Source of the DNA: Halorarum halobium | GTDB lineage: Archaea > Halobacteriota > Halobacteria > Halobacteriales > Haloferacaceae | DNA length: 64,000 nt | Direction of reading: 5' to 3' | NCBI RefSeq assembly: GCF_032116555.1 | Contig: NZ_CP134949.1 | Coordinates: 2,852,001 to 2,916,000 of the forward strand | Shown: piece after piece, positions 31,089 to 41,783 of the stretch | Numbering within the stretch: the stretch's first letter is position 1 | How the letters are laid out: each line of letters begins with the position of its first letter | Notes under the pieces: generated by a model | The model's input: only the letters and a program-made list of their open reading frames with translations | Told to the model about the DNA's origin: nothing | The model's database searches: none | Position numbers and translations under genes: made by a program

Positions 31089-31964
31089 ATGCCCTCAGTT
31101 GCGCTAGGTGTGAAGGTGTTCTCTAGAGTTTCGAAGCTTTCTGAATTGCTAAATTCAATTCCAAAAGGCATATTTGATACCGTCTATGTTGCCGATGATG
31201 GGGAAAGTGACCCCCAAAAGAAAGAGTTATATTCAAATAACCATGATTATGATTTAATAATATTAGATTTGGAATATGACTCAGGATTGGGTTTCGGTCG
31301 GCGTCGTATTATCGAGGAGATGGATGAGGAATACTTACTCATCGTAGATAGCGACCATGAAGTCCCAGATAATGTTGACGTTCTCATCAATCAGATGGAA
31401 TCATCTCCAGAGTTTGGAGGCATTGCGGGCCTGTGGCTGGAGGATGGAAGTTTGGTTGGGGGATGCCATGATCTTTTTGAGGAGGGTAAAGTACTAATCC
31501 GAGATATTCGAGACGGCAAGGAAGCCTCAATAATTGAAGGCCATCCGATTATTCCGTTTGAATTTGTACCCAACACCGCAATTTTTCGGAGTGCTTGTTT
31601 AGATAGCTATGCATGGGATGAGGAATACATCATTGGTTCTGAACATCTCGATTTTTATGTTGGCCACAAACGGCATACAGATTGGAAGTTTGGAGTTTGT
31701 CCAAGCGTCCTTTTTCCCCACAAACCGGGAGGAGATAGTAGTTATCTACAGAATCGGCAGAGTGCGGCAAAGAATATGGATAGTAAATCTTATTTTTTAG
31801 AAAAGTGGGGATATGAGCAAGTTGTTTGGAATGATGTGTTCCCACCACAATATCAACATCGACAGGTACTTTTGAACCAATATTTACTATCCTCGACCAA
31901 GTCAAAAGCTCTCGTTCAATCCTTTCTCGATGCAGTACAAAATATTCGTGGTTTCTTTGCATAA
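31089..31964 (+). CDS. Glycosyltransferase family 2
   Basis: VYVADDG, LIVDSD (DxD), EHLDF; AT-rich. Confidence 0.85.
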   Translation: MPSVALGVKVFSRVSKLSELLNSIPKGIFDTVYVADDGESDPQKKELYSNNHDYDLIILDLEYDSGLGFGRRRIIEEMDEEYLLIVDSDHEVPDNVDVLINQMESSPEFGGIAGLWLEDGSLVGGCHDLFEEGKVLIRDIRDGKEASIIEGHPIIPFEFVPNTAIFRSACLDSYAWDEEYIIGSEHLDFYVGHKRHTDWKFGVCPSVLFPHKPGGDSSYLQNRQSAAKNMDSKSYFLEKWGYEQVVWNDVFPPQYQHRQVLLNQYLLSSTKSKALVQSFLDAVQNIRGFFA

Positions 31965-32115
31965 TTATTATGTGCCAGATGGGTGTGATTCTCTACAACT
32001 TCAGTTCGGTCAGTCTGCTTCTCGTTAAAACTAACTGAGTTCATCCCAACAGTACGAGACTATAGAATACGAATATTTTCAAGCGAATATAAGAGACACT
32101 ATGGATTGTCTAAAA

Positions 32116-33612
32116 TTATTGTAGTGAATTTATGAGAAGTGTATCATTCTCATCCAGTTGTAAGATGGACATAGTTATACAAAATACGAAAAAGGAAATT
32201 GTACCAATCAATAGAACACGCAAGATCGGGAATACCGGGAGTAACTGGCCAAACCACATCACAGTAGAGGCGAATAGAATAGCTAGAAGTCCTTTCCAGT
32301 AATTTCTACCAAAAGGATTCTGATTCAGTGACCACCAGACTTCTCCCAATCGTAGTAAATTAAGCAAAGCAAGGGCACTACTTGTTGCAAGTGCGGCTCC
32401 GACGACACCAAATTGTCGGATTAAGAAGTAATTTAATATAACGTTTGTAAACGCAACAATAACAGTGTTTGCTGCGTCTAATCGTTCGTATCCCGTCATT
32501 AGCAACAGAAACCCAACTGGTCCAGTAACTGCAACAATAGCCTGCCCAATAGCGAGTATTCGTAGCGAAATTCGTGCTTCAGGAGTTGATGCTCCGAAGA
32601 GTGTGAGAATATCCCCCGCATAGAAAAGAATGAATACAGCCCCTAGTACCGTGAGGTATGTTACCCACTTCGTTACAACATCATGGATCCGTCGCAGACG
32701 TTCGTGCTGGCCTCTAGAATGTAAGTCTGATGTGAGCGCTGGGAAAATCGAATTTGCCGCGTTTAGAACAATAGTAAGCATTACTGAGGTTTGAAAAGCT
32801 GCTTGGTACCATCCAAGCTCGGAGGCCGGAACCAGAAATCCAAGCATCAGGATGTCCGTCCATGAGATAAAATACTGTGTGATTGCGACGATCGTAAGCG
32901 GTGTTGCATACATAATTAATCGCCGCCCCTCAAACTCGGGGCGAATCCACTGAATCCCCCCTTGGCGCCACAATGAAAGTACAACTAACAGAATACCAAA
33001 TAATAGTGAGCCCAAGTATCCCAATACTATGACCCGAATGTCTGCAAAAACATAACCACCGATAACGGCCATAAGGACGGCTAAGCCAGATTGTCCGAGG
33101 TCGCGGATGAGAACGGCGTATTTCGTCTCTTGGAATCCTTTTGTTGCGGACATTCCCACGGTCATCACTGCAAACATTGGGATCCCCAGAAGAAACACCT
33201 GTGTAACCGAAGTGAAGGATTCCCCCGTGATTCGATTCACATAACCCTCTGCTACATAAATAATAATCGCGAGAATAACCCCAAGTATGAGTGGGATGAT
33301 GAGACAAAGGATAACTGTTCCAAGGAGCTTTGAATCGTCATCTTCCATTAGGTAAATCGGTATAAATTTTTGGGCCGCGTTATTTAATCCAACGCGGGCA
33401 GCTACCGCACTAGCTTTCATCACAACTATACCGAAGGCAAATACTCCTAGTGCCTCAGGCCCAAGACTACGAGCAATTATAACATTGAGGAAATAGCGTA
33501 ACCCTCGACCTACCAATCCACCTATAAAAGCAATCGATGCAACCTGGAGAAACGACTTTCGCATTAGACGAAAGTAAGTCAACAGGAGATGGGAAAACTT
33601 CTCCGTTCTCAT
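32116..33612 (-). CDS. Polysaccharide flippase (Wzx/MOP family)
   Basis: About 14 TMs; IARSLGPEALG, TDILMLG, LNYFLI..GVVGAALAT; true start may be ~33564. Confidence 0.9.
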   Translation of the reverse strand: MRTEKFSHLLLTYFRLMRKSFLQVASIAFIGGLVGRGLRYFLNVIIARSLGPEALGVFAFGIVVMKASAVAARVGLNNAAQKFIPIYLMEDDDSKLLGTVILCLIIPLILGVILAIIIYVAEGYVNRITGESFTSVTQVFLLGIPMFAVMTVGMSATKGFQETKYAVLIRDLGQSGLAVLMAVIGGYVFADIRVIVLGYLGSLLFGILLVVLSLWRQGGIQWIRPEFEGRRLIMYATPLTIVAITQYFISWTDILMLGFLVPASELGWYQAAFQTSVMLTIVLNAANSIFPALTSDLHSRGQHERLRRIHDVVTKWVTYLTVLGAVFILFYAGDILTLFGASTPEARISLRILAIGQAIVAVTGPVGFLLLMTGYERLDAANTVIVAFTNVILNYFLIRQFGVVGAALATSSALALLNLLRLGEVWWSLNQNPFGRNYWKGLLAILFASTVMWFGQLLPVFPILRVLLIGTISFFVFCITMSILQLDENDTLLINSLQ

Positions 33613-34339
33613 TTTGACCAGTGATCCTAATCATTTTTAGTTCGTCTCATAGAACTATATAATTAGTATCCGTTGAGCATTATAATCCATGAAAACAGGA
33701 TAACCTCCGTGCATCGGAGAGGCCATCAAACTGCAAACTCCAATTGTTGCTAACTATGTGGGACGTTAATACGATTCTGGCAAGCATATTAAATCTGGAG
33801 ATTGTGGAGTGGATTGGCTTCATTGACAATTGTTCGTTCTAGCCCACGCCGTCAGAGTAAGTTTCACCCGCCAGGCCGCAGCGTATAGCGCCGGCGAACT
33901 CCCCACTCAGAACGACATTCTGTGCACACCGAGTGGATATAGGATCCAATGTATGAGAGTTGCTAGATTATTGAGACTGAACACAATCGTCAGAACAACA
34001 ACGGATCCATCAAGTATGCATTGGCCTTACAGAGATGTAATGGCTATCCTGTTCTACATCCTAGATCTTCCTGGACGGCCGTAATGGAGACCTCCAGCAG
34101 AAAATGACAGTGAAGCATGCTTCGTCGACTTGATGACTGCTGCTGGTCGTCTGTACTTACATTTCTCTCGTGAGCTAATACTCCCAAGCAAACCATCATT
34201 CCTAGGGCGATCCAGAGCATGATAGTGAGAAAGTGGATACTACTATCACGAACGAAAACTATGGGGAGTTGACTATGTTCAGTACTCATCGTTTCCTTCT
34301 ACGTATAGCTTAAATATCTCCGCCGAAGAGACGGCTGAT

Positions 34340-35842
34340 ATGAGCAATGAACAGTATCAGTTTACTACTTGGTTTCATCGAATTCGCCGTAATTCATTCT
34401 TACAACTTCGATACTTTCCTGTTCTTACTCTTCTACCGCTCCTAACTTCAAGTGTCCCATCATCATACCTGCCAAGCAGGGAGATTGCCCATTATTTCCA
34501 AGCACTCGCTTTTGCCCGAGACGGGCTCAATTCCTATGGATATCTCACTGTCCGGGAAAGTGGTGCCGCACTACATCTCTACTCGCTTATTCTTGCTCCT
34601 TTCATCAAACTTGGATTCGTTACCTCAGGGCGATTCGTGAGTGCTGTGGCTGCTCTCGGGACTACAATCCTTATCGCGTATCTTGCACGCATTTGGTTTG
34701 ATTCAAACGTTGCATTTCTAGCCCCGATCATTCTCTGGGTAAATCCGTTTTTCTATCGGTTTGCATGGGCCTATATGCCCGATTCCCTTTCAATATTCTT
34801 GACCGTAAGTGCTGTAGGGACGATGGTTCGGTACACTGAAACTGACGCCATTAAATGGTATCTTGTCTCAGTCGCAGCGATTGTACTCGCCATCGCAAAT
34901 CACGGATGGGAGGCAACGATTCTTCTTCCTGTGGCAACTCTACTCTGGGTATATCAAAAGCGTCGAGGTGCTATTATCTATGCAATTCTTACAGTGGCCT
35001 CAGTCGGTACGGTCAAATACCTCGTTGGACTTCAACCACTGCCAACGACGGGATCTGGTTACCTAATTACTGATGTTGGACTATCATTTTATTTTACATC
35101 CGACTTTTGGATGGGGGTCGTCACGCGCCCTTACTCACCGTTTTACCTTGGTCACAGTCTCCACTTTTACCCGGGATTAGTAGCAGTTCTCTATTGGCTT
35201 CGGAATGCCTACCTCGGAGTCCGAAAAGACACATCCCTCATAATGGCTGCATGGTTGTCTAGTGGGCTGTCTATCCCGTTTATACTTCCAGGGGGATTGA
35301 ACCATCACTACTATTTATGGGCACTTGTTGCTCCAGTCACGCTTACAGTTGCTGCCGTCATTCCTAAGATAGTAAATTCGCTCGGAGTTGGGATAACTAG
35401 TCATCAAGAGAGTCGAATTAAACAAGCAGCAACCGTCATACTTATCATATTAGTTTCAGTAAACGGTCTGGTATTCGAAGCAGGGCTGTTTATCGGAGAC
35501 GCAGGATCTCCACCAGCAGTAGGTGACCGCCATGAGAATCCTGAAATAATGCCATCAGAAGCAGTCTCGACAGGCGAGCAATTAGCAAAAATGGACGTTT
35601 CTGATCCGAATAGGATCGTGTTCCTTACAGAGGAGGCCAATGAGCTTCATCGTCAAACGATATTCCGCGTCCTCGTGCATGGGGATGTCTTACTTCGGGA
35701 TACATGGAATCCCTCATTTACTCCCAGCTCGAATACAGTACCTCGGTACGTTACTGATCAAGATGATGTACTTAATTGTGATGTAGTTATTAAAAAGGTT
35801 GATCAAAAACTACTTGTTAAGAGATGTCTGGGGAATGTGTGA
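34340..35842 (+). CDS. ArnT/PMT-like (GT-C) membrane glycosyltransferase
   Basis: Multi-TM; GRFVSA, NPF..F..AYMPDS, HHYY pattern. Confidence 0.7.
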   Translation: MSNEQYQFTTWFHRIRRNSFLQLRYFPVLTLLPLLTSSVPSSYLPSREIAHYFQALAFARDGLNSYGYLTVRESGAALHLYSLILAPFIKLGFVTSGRFVSAVAALGTTILIAYLARIWFDSNVAFLAPIILWVNPFFYRFAWAYMPDSLSIFLTVSAVGTMVRYTETDAIKWYLVSVAAIVLAIANHGWEATILLPVATLLWVYQKRRGAIIYAILTVASVGTVKYLVGLQPLPTTGSGYLITDVGLSFYFTSDFWMGVVTRPYSPFYLGHSLHFYPGLVAVLYWLRNAYLGVRKDTSLIMAAWLSSGLSIPFILPGGLNHHYYLWALVAPVTLTVAAVIPKIVNSLGVGITSHQESRIKQAATVILIILVSVNGLVFEAGLFIGDAGSPPAVGDRHENPEIMPSEAVSTGEQLAKMDVSDPNRIVFLTEEANELHRQTIFRVLVHGDVLLRDTWNPSFTPSSNTVPRYVTDQDDVLNCDVVIKKVDQKLLVKRCLGNV

Positions 35843-35932
35843 ATAGCGTTCTGAAAAATAACACCCATCAAGATACAGTGGTCAAAGGCGACAGAATTCT
35901 GTTCAATATGGGAGGAATTCCTAGAATAAAAT

Positions 35933-36865
35933 GGCTCTGGTGAATCCTAGACTGCGCCGAGTTACACCGTTAGAATTTGGGAGATGAAATGAGAAATCAC
36001 CGATGCTCTATGTCGAAGATCTCCTGCTTCACGAAGGAAGCGGTCACGTTAGCTAAAAATGCTGTTGGGGGGCGAGACGAAGTCGCCGCCCCCGAAGGAG
36101 TGGCGACTTCGATGACACGCCCTCATGTCGCTGCTCTGTCTGTGGGTTTACCTCGATGAATCGTACCGCAACACACTCGATCTGCGAGCGAAATGCCGCA
36201 TATTCTCGGTGAAATCGGCCTTGAAGAGGGCGATCTCCCTGAATCACTCCACGCTAGTGAAGGTGTTTGATAGGTTCGAGATGAAGGTCTGGCAAGTGCT
36301 GCTCCGACTCTCGTCGGAACTGCACGACTCCTCGGGTCACGCCGCCATCAACGCGACGTTCTTCGACCGCGAAAACGACAGCAAGCACTACTGTCGCAGG
36401 ACGAATTGTCGCGTTCAAACGCTCAAAGCGACAGATCTAGTTGACATAGAAAGCAAGCCATCCTCGACGTACACAGTACGACCGAGAAAACGCAAGACAC
36501 ACAGCTCCGCTTGCAGGTCGCCTCCGCAATGCAGGCAATCTGACCAGCCTCGCCGCCGACAAGGGCTACGACTGGATGGACTTACGCGAGAAACTCCGGG
36601 AAGACTGCGTGAGACCGCTATTTAAACATCGTCTCTTCTGACCCATCAACCACGCGCATTACGCGCGGGTCGGTGAGCTTCGATATCGCCAACGATCGAT
36701 GTGCGAGACCGTCTTCTCGTCGATTAAGCGCGCGCACGGCGACGCCGTGCATGCGCGAACCTGGTACCGAGAACTTCGCGAACTAGTTTTGAAGTGTGTC
36801 GTTCACAACATCAAGCGTGCCGCGATACGGTGGAATCAACCCCTGTATAGTGATTCACCAGAGCA
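35933..36865 (+). mobile_element. Degraded IS5-family (ISH1-group/ISH9-like) insertion sequence
   Basis: TIRs GCTCTGGTGAATC / GATTCACCAGAGC; flanks AATAAAAT / AATAAAGT (7/8 target duplication); transposase MSKISCFT...ADKGYDW...CETVFSSIKR broken by frameshifts and stops. Confidence 0.9.
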
Positions 36866-36964
36866 AATAAAGTTGTATTCCGGATTGTTTTTTAGAACAG
36901 CGTTGGTGATATTCTTCCTCCATCGATCTTATCAGATGTCAGCGACTCTATTTCGTTCTGAAAC

Positions 36965-38146
36965 TCATCTGGCAATTGTCCGATTGTTAACCCCGAGCAG
37001 TGCATACCCACTGATAGCTGCTGATAGGACTGAAATTGCACCCAAGCCAAGAATGCTGAATCCTCCAAACGATTGTAGAATGACGACTGCAACGACTGGT
37101 GGCAACAAACGCTCTTGGCTACTTTGGTGGTAGACTAAGGGGAAGATAATCGTCATTAAAGTGAATATGATGTAGAGTACCCCTCCCACAATACCAGACG
37201 TGAGGAAAAACCGGAGGAAAGAGTTGTGTGGAGTATTCGGCGTAGCACCGGACGGTAAATATGGACGAATGAGTTCAGCTCGGTCTCCTGGCCCCCATCC
37301 GACAAGAGGCCTTTGTAGTGTAGCGTTAATAGTGGCTGGCCAAAGATATTCTCTACCGGTTACATCAATAGGGATGTTTCGATTACTTACGACACTGGCT
37401 TGGAACACTGCAAGACCAAATATACCCGAAAATGTCGAAATAGCTGCTGTAATAATGTATTGGCGATTGAGTAACCAGAAGACAGCGATACCACCCAATG
37501 CCGCAATATAACCCGCTCTGGAGTATGTAAAATTCAGGGCAACAAGATTCAATCCTGCGAACACGTATCCGGCGTGATTGTCATATGATCTCCCTTCAAT
37601 TAGGCCCAGAATGGCGGCAACAGATAGGAACTCCCCTGCAAAGTTAGAGTCGTTGAATATACTAGTGAGTACCTGTATATCTGGGCCGAATATTGCCAAG
37701 AACATCGGTCTACCGAACAGTTCCTCCGATTGGAAAGGGGGCACAACTCCAAAGCTAACGAGTAATCCAAGAATAGATAGACCGCCCCCAATCCGGGTCA
37801 CAGCGAAGACAAACTGTTCATGCGGTAGCGTTGACGGAATCCAAAATACTGTGATCAAAAATACAGGAACGAAGATAATTACCCTGACGCTGGCTGAGGT
37901 GACTATATTGGCCCCGCTAGGGTTAGTTACAGCATGCCACCCAAATATAAGGAAGATCCCAACCATAGAAAGGATAGAATATTTTTCGGCCTGAAATGTG
38001 CGACTTTTTTTGAGGAAATAAAGTGACGCTATTCCGAATGTCACCAAGGCGATTATGTATGAATAAAATACGGGGAATAGCGTAGTTAGTGAGAACAAAC
38101 TTCCAAAGAGGAGAAGGACGAACGCCACAGTCGCTCCATATTTCAC
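36965..38146 (-). CDS. O-antigen ligase/polymerase (Wzy/WaaL-like) protein
   Basis: Multi-TM; TYSRAG, TGREYLW, PLVGWG, HNSFL..GIVG. Confidence 0.88.
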   Translation of the reverse strand: MKYGATVAFVLLLFGSLFSLTTLFPVFYSYIIALVTFGIASLYFLKKSRTFQAEKYSILSMVGIFLIFGWHAVTNPSGANIVTSASVRVIIFVPVFLITVFWIPSTLPHEQFVFAVTRIGGGLSILGLLVSFGVVPPFQSEELFGRPMFLAIFGPDIQVLTSIFNDSNFAGEFLSVAAILGLIEGRSYDNHAGYVFAGLNLVALNFTYSRAGYIAALGGIAVFWLLNRQYIITAAISTFSGIFGLAVFQASVVSNRNIPIDVTGREYLWPATINATLQRPLVGWGPGDRAELIRPYLPSGATPNTPHNSFLRFFLTSGIVGGVLYIIFTLMTIIFPLVYHQSSQERLLPPVVAVVILQSFGGFSILGLGAISVLSAAISGYALLGVNNRTIAR

Positions 38147-38531
38147 GGGCCAAATGTGTTGGGGCCAGGTAATAAATACCTCGTTTTACCATCCTTAGTT
38201 TGCCATTCAGCCAATGGATCGGAATGTTCAAAAACAGAAGGAGATGGACATTTTGATTCTATCGGCGCTTGGAATTGGCAGGGACACTTACCGAAGCCCA
38301 GACGGTGATTACTGGTCGACCCATACTGACGACCATGCAGACGACTAAACGAAGAATCAACCGACGAGCGCCAAGGAATCGACGTCGTGACGACTCTTAC
38401 ATCCCCGTCGTAAGACGTTGGGATCAATCGGCGCGACCCTGTCGATCGTGAGAACCACGTTCTTCCGTAAATTCAAAGGTCAGTTCGTCTCTATCGCCGA
38501 AATCCGCGTCTCAGTGACCCCCTCCAAAACC

Positions 38532-39370
38532 GGGGTTGGACATCTCAAACGGGGGAAACCGCTGAGCCACCCGATTTCGGCCGTTTCAGCTCGAAAAAGG
38601 TCCAACCCCACTCAGAGACCGAGAGAACGGGCAGAAATCGGGGCTGGACATCTCACCCCGCGCTCACGCCTCATCGAGCGGTGTTCGTGCAGTCGAAACG
38701 GGCCCCTGAATCAGTCGTCGGTAACTCCATCCAGGGACCCCGAATCTGCAGAATTCGTCCGATACAGCCGCCATATCGGGTGCCCGACGCTGTAGGCGTG
38801 TCGCCGTTAACGTATCACTCTATCCGTCCGGAAAACGGTCAGAATCCGTTCAGTCATGCTGTTTCATCCTCCCGGAGTGTCGATATGAAATCGGGGGCGT
38901 GTCCCGAGCCGATCGGGCGTGACGGCTGCTCGAGTTCCATGTGAAGCGGTGGGATTCGTCGTGTATGACCGCCCGTTTTATCGAATCGTCCCGGTTTCGA
39001 ATGTGAAGGGAGAGGCCCCTTAGCTGGCGTCAGCAGCAAATTTAGTGACGAGTGGTCCCCGCACCCAGCGGTTCAGACCTGATCACTATCGCGGCCGAGT
39101 TCCACCACCCCTTCATCTCGAACGAAATCTCCGAAATTTCACCGGCGACGACCGCTTCAACTCCGCCGGAATCGCCGATGCCCCGAAATCGGTCAGACCC
39201 CAAATCTGGCCTATCCCTCGGTCTCTGAGAGGGGTTGGACATCTCAACCAGGGTCGGTACTGGGTCGAATTTCGACGAGAGAGCCATTCTGGCCCGTGAG
39301 ATCGGCCGAAACGACTTCGGTGATTTTGGATCGAATCGGGCCAGAATCGGCCGAAAATGTCCAGCCCCGA
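38532..39370. repeat. Dispersed GGGGYTGGACAT motif array in both orientations
   Basis: Copies at 38532(+), 38599-38609(-), 38640(+), 39231(+) and 39354-39368(-); 23/24-bp inverted repeat between 38600-38623 and 39217-39240. Confidence 0.85.
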
Positions 39371-39514
39371 TCGTGAAATCGACGCTGCCGGCGATTTAAC
39401 GGTGGAGATCCGCTCTCCCCAGCGATCTCGAAATGGGAGGAGTCCGGGTGGGTTGCGGTTGAGATTCACGAGTGGACCCTCGTGACCAGTGCTACCGGGG
39501 TAGAGTCGTGACCG

Positions 39515-39769
39515 ATGGGTGCCGAGGACCTCCCACCTGACCGGGCGAACCGGATCGCGGACGCCGTGGAGGACGTCGAACGCAACGTCACGAGCCGTCG
39601 TGGATTCCAGCACGTCTCTCGGGATGCGTACACCGATCCGGACGAACAGGACCGACGGGACGTCATCGAACGGAAGTTCGAGAAGCTGACCGAGGCGACG
39701 CTCGAGCAGTATCGCCTGTATACGGGGAAGTCACGTTCGAGCCAGTCGACACCCCGAGCAAGGAGATGA
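39515..39769 (+). pseudogene. Truncated HepT/DUF86 (HEPN) toxin N-terminus
   Basis: RIADAVEDVERNV...DRRDVIERKFEKLTEATL, then unrelated sequence; the RxxxxH part is missing. Confidence 0.65.
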
Positions 39770-39807
39770 ATGACGTTTTATTAGCTCACGTACATCGTAC
39801 ATGAAAC

Positions 39808-40075
39808 ATGGACGGCTGTCCCGAAAAACAGTTAGAAATTTGCAAGAACACATGCGAAACTCAAAAAAAAATTTCGGCCGCCGATCAGGGGCTTCTGATC
39901 GACTTCAGCGACCGGATGGCTCTCCTCAAATCCGAGTACACTGACTACCGCCACGACAAGCTCCTTCGCCACTGCACGATCATAGCCGAGGAGGTCGGTG
40001 GGCTGGCCGGGGCATTCGAGGAACGCGACGCTGCCGAGGACGTTGTTCGGTGGATCAACCGGAACTGCTCTACGA
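39808..40075 (+). pseudogene. N-terminal remnant of a haloarchaeal (SNJ2-like) tyrosine integrase
   Basis: LIDFSDRMALLKSEYTDYRHDKLLRHCTIIAEEVGGLA...AAEDVVRWINR; catalytic domain absent. Confidence 0.7.
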
Positions 40076-40315
40076 CGTTTAGCAAACCCCCGACCTCTCA
40101 GAACGCGTGGGGGAAGACCCGGAACTGTTCGGGGAAGCCCAAGAGTTCTTCGCGCCGAACTCTGGGGAGTGATGCGACTGTGCCGGCCGGTGCATAGCAG
40201 GTGACTAACTGAGCGTGAGTAGCTGACGGACACAGTGCCGACAACCACAATTATATTCTTGGAGAAACTATATGGTTCCCAAGGTCGAATACACCAGTGA
40301 ACGAAAGGTGAGTCC

Positions 40316-40939
40316 ATGTCAGACAGTTCAGATTTGACGGAGCCGTGGAAAGGTAACGTAAACGAGGCGGTCATCAGGGAGTGGAAAGAAGAGACCACCG
40401 CGTTCGATCGCATCACGACCGTCATCGACGCGACGTCGAAGCCAGCGTTTGCGAGAGAGATCGCCGAACGTGCCGTCGTCGCCGAACCGACAGCCCGACG
40501 CCACCTGAAGTCACTGGCCGAGGTGGGCCGAGTAACGGCCGTCTCGGCGGACGGCGGGACCAAATATAAACGGTCCCCGAGCACGCTCGCGATGCGACGG
40601 ATTGCAGGACTCCACGCCCACTACTCGAAAGAGGAACTTCAGGATGCAATTGCAGACCTCCGCGAGAAGTTAGCAGCCCTCCGTGACAAACACGGCGTTA
40701 GTGATGCGGACGATCTCGCAACGGAACTGGAACTCGGTGACGATAGTTGGACCGACGTCTCCCGGTGGCGAGACCTCGAGGAGAATCTTGACATCGCAAA
40801 GGCGGCGCTGAACCTCTACGACTTTGACCCTGATGGAGGCGGACAGGCCGCGATAAGAGCCGTCGAGGAGGCAGACGAGTCAACTTCCCAATCTGTTGTG
40901 GGATCCCTCGCTGGATTCGGTAGTCAAAGTGCTGCCTGA
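40316..40939 (+). CDS. ArsR-like wHTH + helical tail protein (DUF7342-like)
   Basis: AREIAERAVVAEPTARRHLKSLAE HTH; tail ending AALNLYD. Confidence 0.85.
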   Translation: MSDSSDLTEPWKGNVNEAVIREWKEETTAFDRITTVIDATSKPAFAREIAERAVVAEPTARRHLKSLAEVGRVTAVSADGGTKYKRSPSTLAMRRIAGLHAHYSKEELQDAIADLREKLAALRDKHGVSDADDLATELELGDDSWTDVSRWRDLEENLDIAKAALNLYDFDPDGGGQAAIRAVEEADESTSQSVVGSLAGFGSQSAA

Positions 40940-40950
40940 GAGCCGTCTCG

Positions 40951-41406
40951 ATGTTACCAACTGATGATCTCGACGGAGAACTGGGTACACTCGACGTCGT
41001 CTCCATGGACGAGATCCGAGCCGCGTTTACGGGCCTTGATGGTCTCATTGACGCGGCCGGGTTCCAGAACCCTGCCGACCCGGAGATCATACAGGTGTAT
41101 GTTTCCGATGGCATCGGCGAAGCCACTGATTGTCGATTCGATATCCGATGGTATCGAAACGGATACTACAGCGTTCACCACACCGATTCGATCAGTCGGA
41201 ACTTCCGCTGGGATTACCATCCAAAAATGGGTGCCCCGGACAAACACTTCCACCCGCCACCAGATGCTCCATCTGACAACCCAGAACCGTCATGTCTTAG
41301 CGCAGAAGAGCCACCCGTCGTTGCCCGTGCGGTCCACAAGTTGTGGCGCCGTGCCTACGATACTGGACGGACGACTGCGCTGAATTCGGCCACAGGTAAT
41401 CTATAG
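40951..41406 (+). CDS. Hypothetical protein, partner of the HTH gene (candidate toxin)
   Basis: 11 bp downstream of the HTH gene; FDIRWY..YSVHH..FRWDYHP..HFHPPP. Confidence 0.75.
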   Translation: MLPTDDLDGELGTLDVVSMDEIRAAFTGLDGLIDAAGFQNPADPEIIQVYVSDGIGEATDCRFDIRWYRNGYYSVHHTDSISRNFRWDYHPKMGAPDKHFHPPPDAPSDNPEPSCLSAEEPPVVARAVHKLWRRAYDTGRTTALNSATGNL

Positions 41407-41475
41407 TACAACTAGTAGAAACACGTTCCGTCCGTTCTCGTCCGATCGTAAGGATCAGTGAGTCTGAGTGGTGGT

Positions 41476-41664
41476 TTATGACTCCATCCCGGAGCGTATT
41501 TCCTCCAGTTCATCCTGCATCTCGTCAACTAGATCAGACTCCCCGAAATTGGCGACCAGAGCTAGCACGGACGCTCGGGCTTCGTCGTTTCCGCAGGCGA
41601 GGACGTGACCGAGCAGTTCCGTATTCTCGCTCACGAACTCGCCGACGTCGTCGAAGTTACTCAT
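41476..41664 (-). CDS. Small acidic hypothetical protein
   Basis: MSNFDDVGEFVSEN...; halophile-like composition, preceded by GGGAG. Confidence 0.55.
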   Translation of the reverse strand: MSNFDDVGEFVSENTELLGHVLACGNDEARASVLALVANFGESDLVDEMQDELEEIRSGMES

Positions 41665-41783
41665 CGATCTCCCTCGTCGAACGTAGTCCGTTATCCCCGA
41701 ACGGACCGACACGAGCCACCGTGGATTCCACGGTGACGGTCTACAGGGAAAGAGCCAAGCAAAAGCGGCTTGTCACATCCCTT

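Noticed and set aside
33700..34300. Short ORFs between the flippase and the GT-C gene
   Set aside because: Possibly a decayed membrane-protein gene, but no supportable motif.
38418..39299. ORFs containing repeated GVGHL peptides
   Set aside because: The DNA motif occurs on both strands and the ORFs are basic and not halophile-like, so I treat the repeat as DNA-level.
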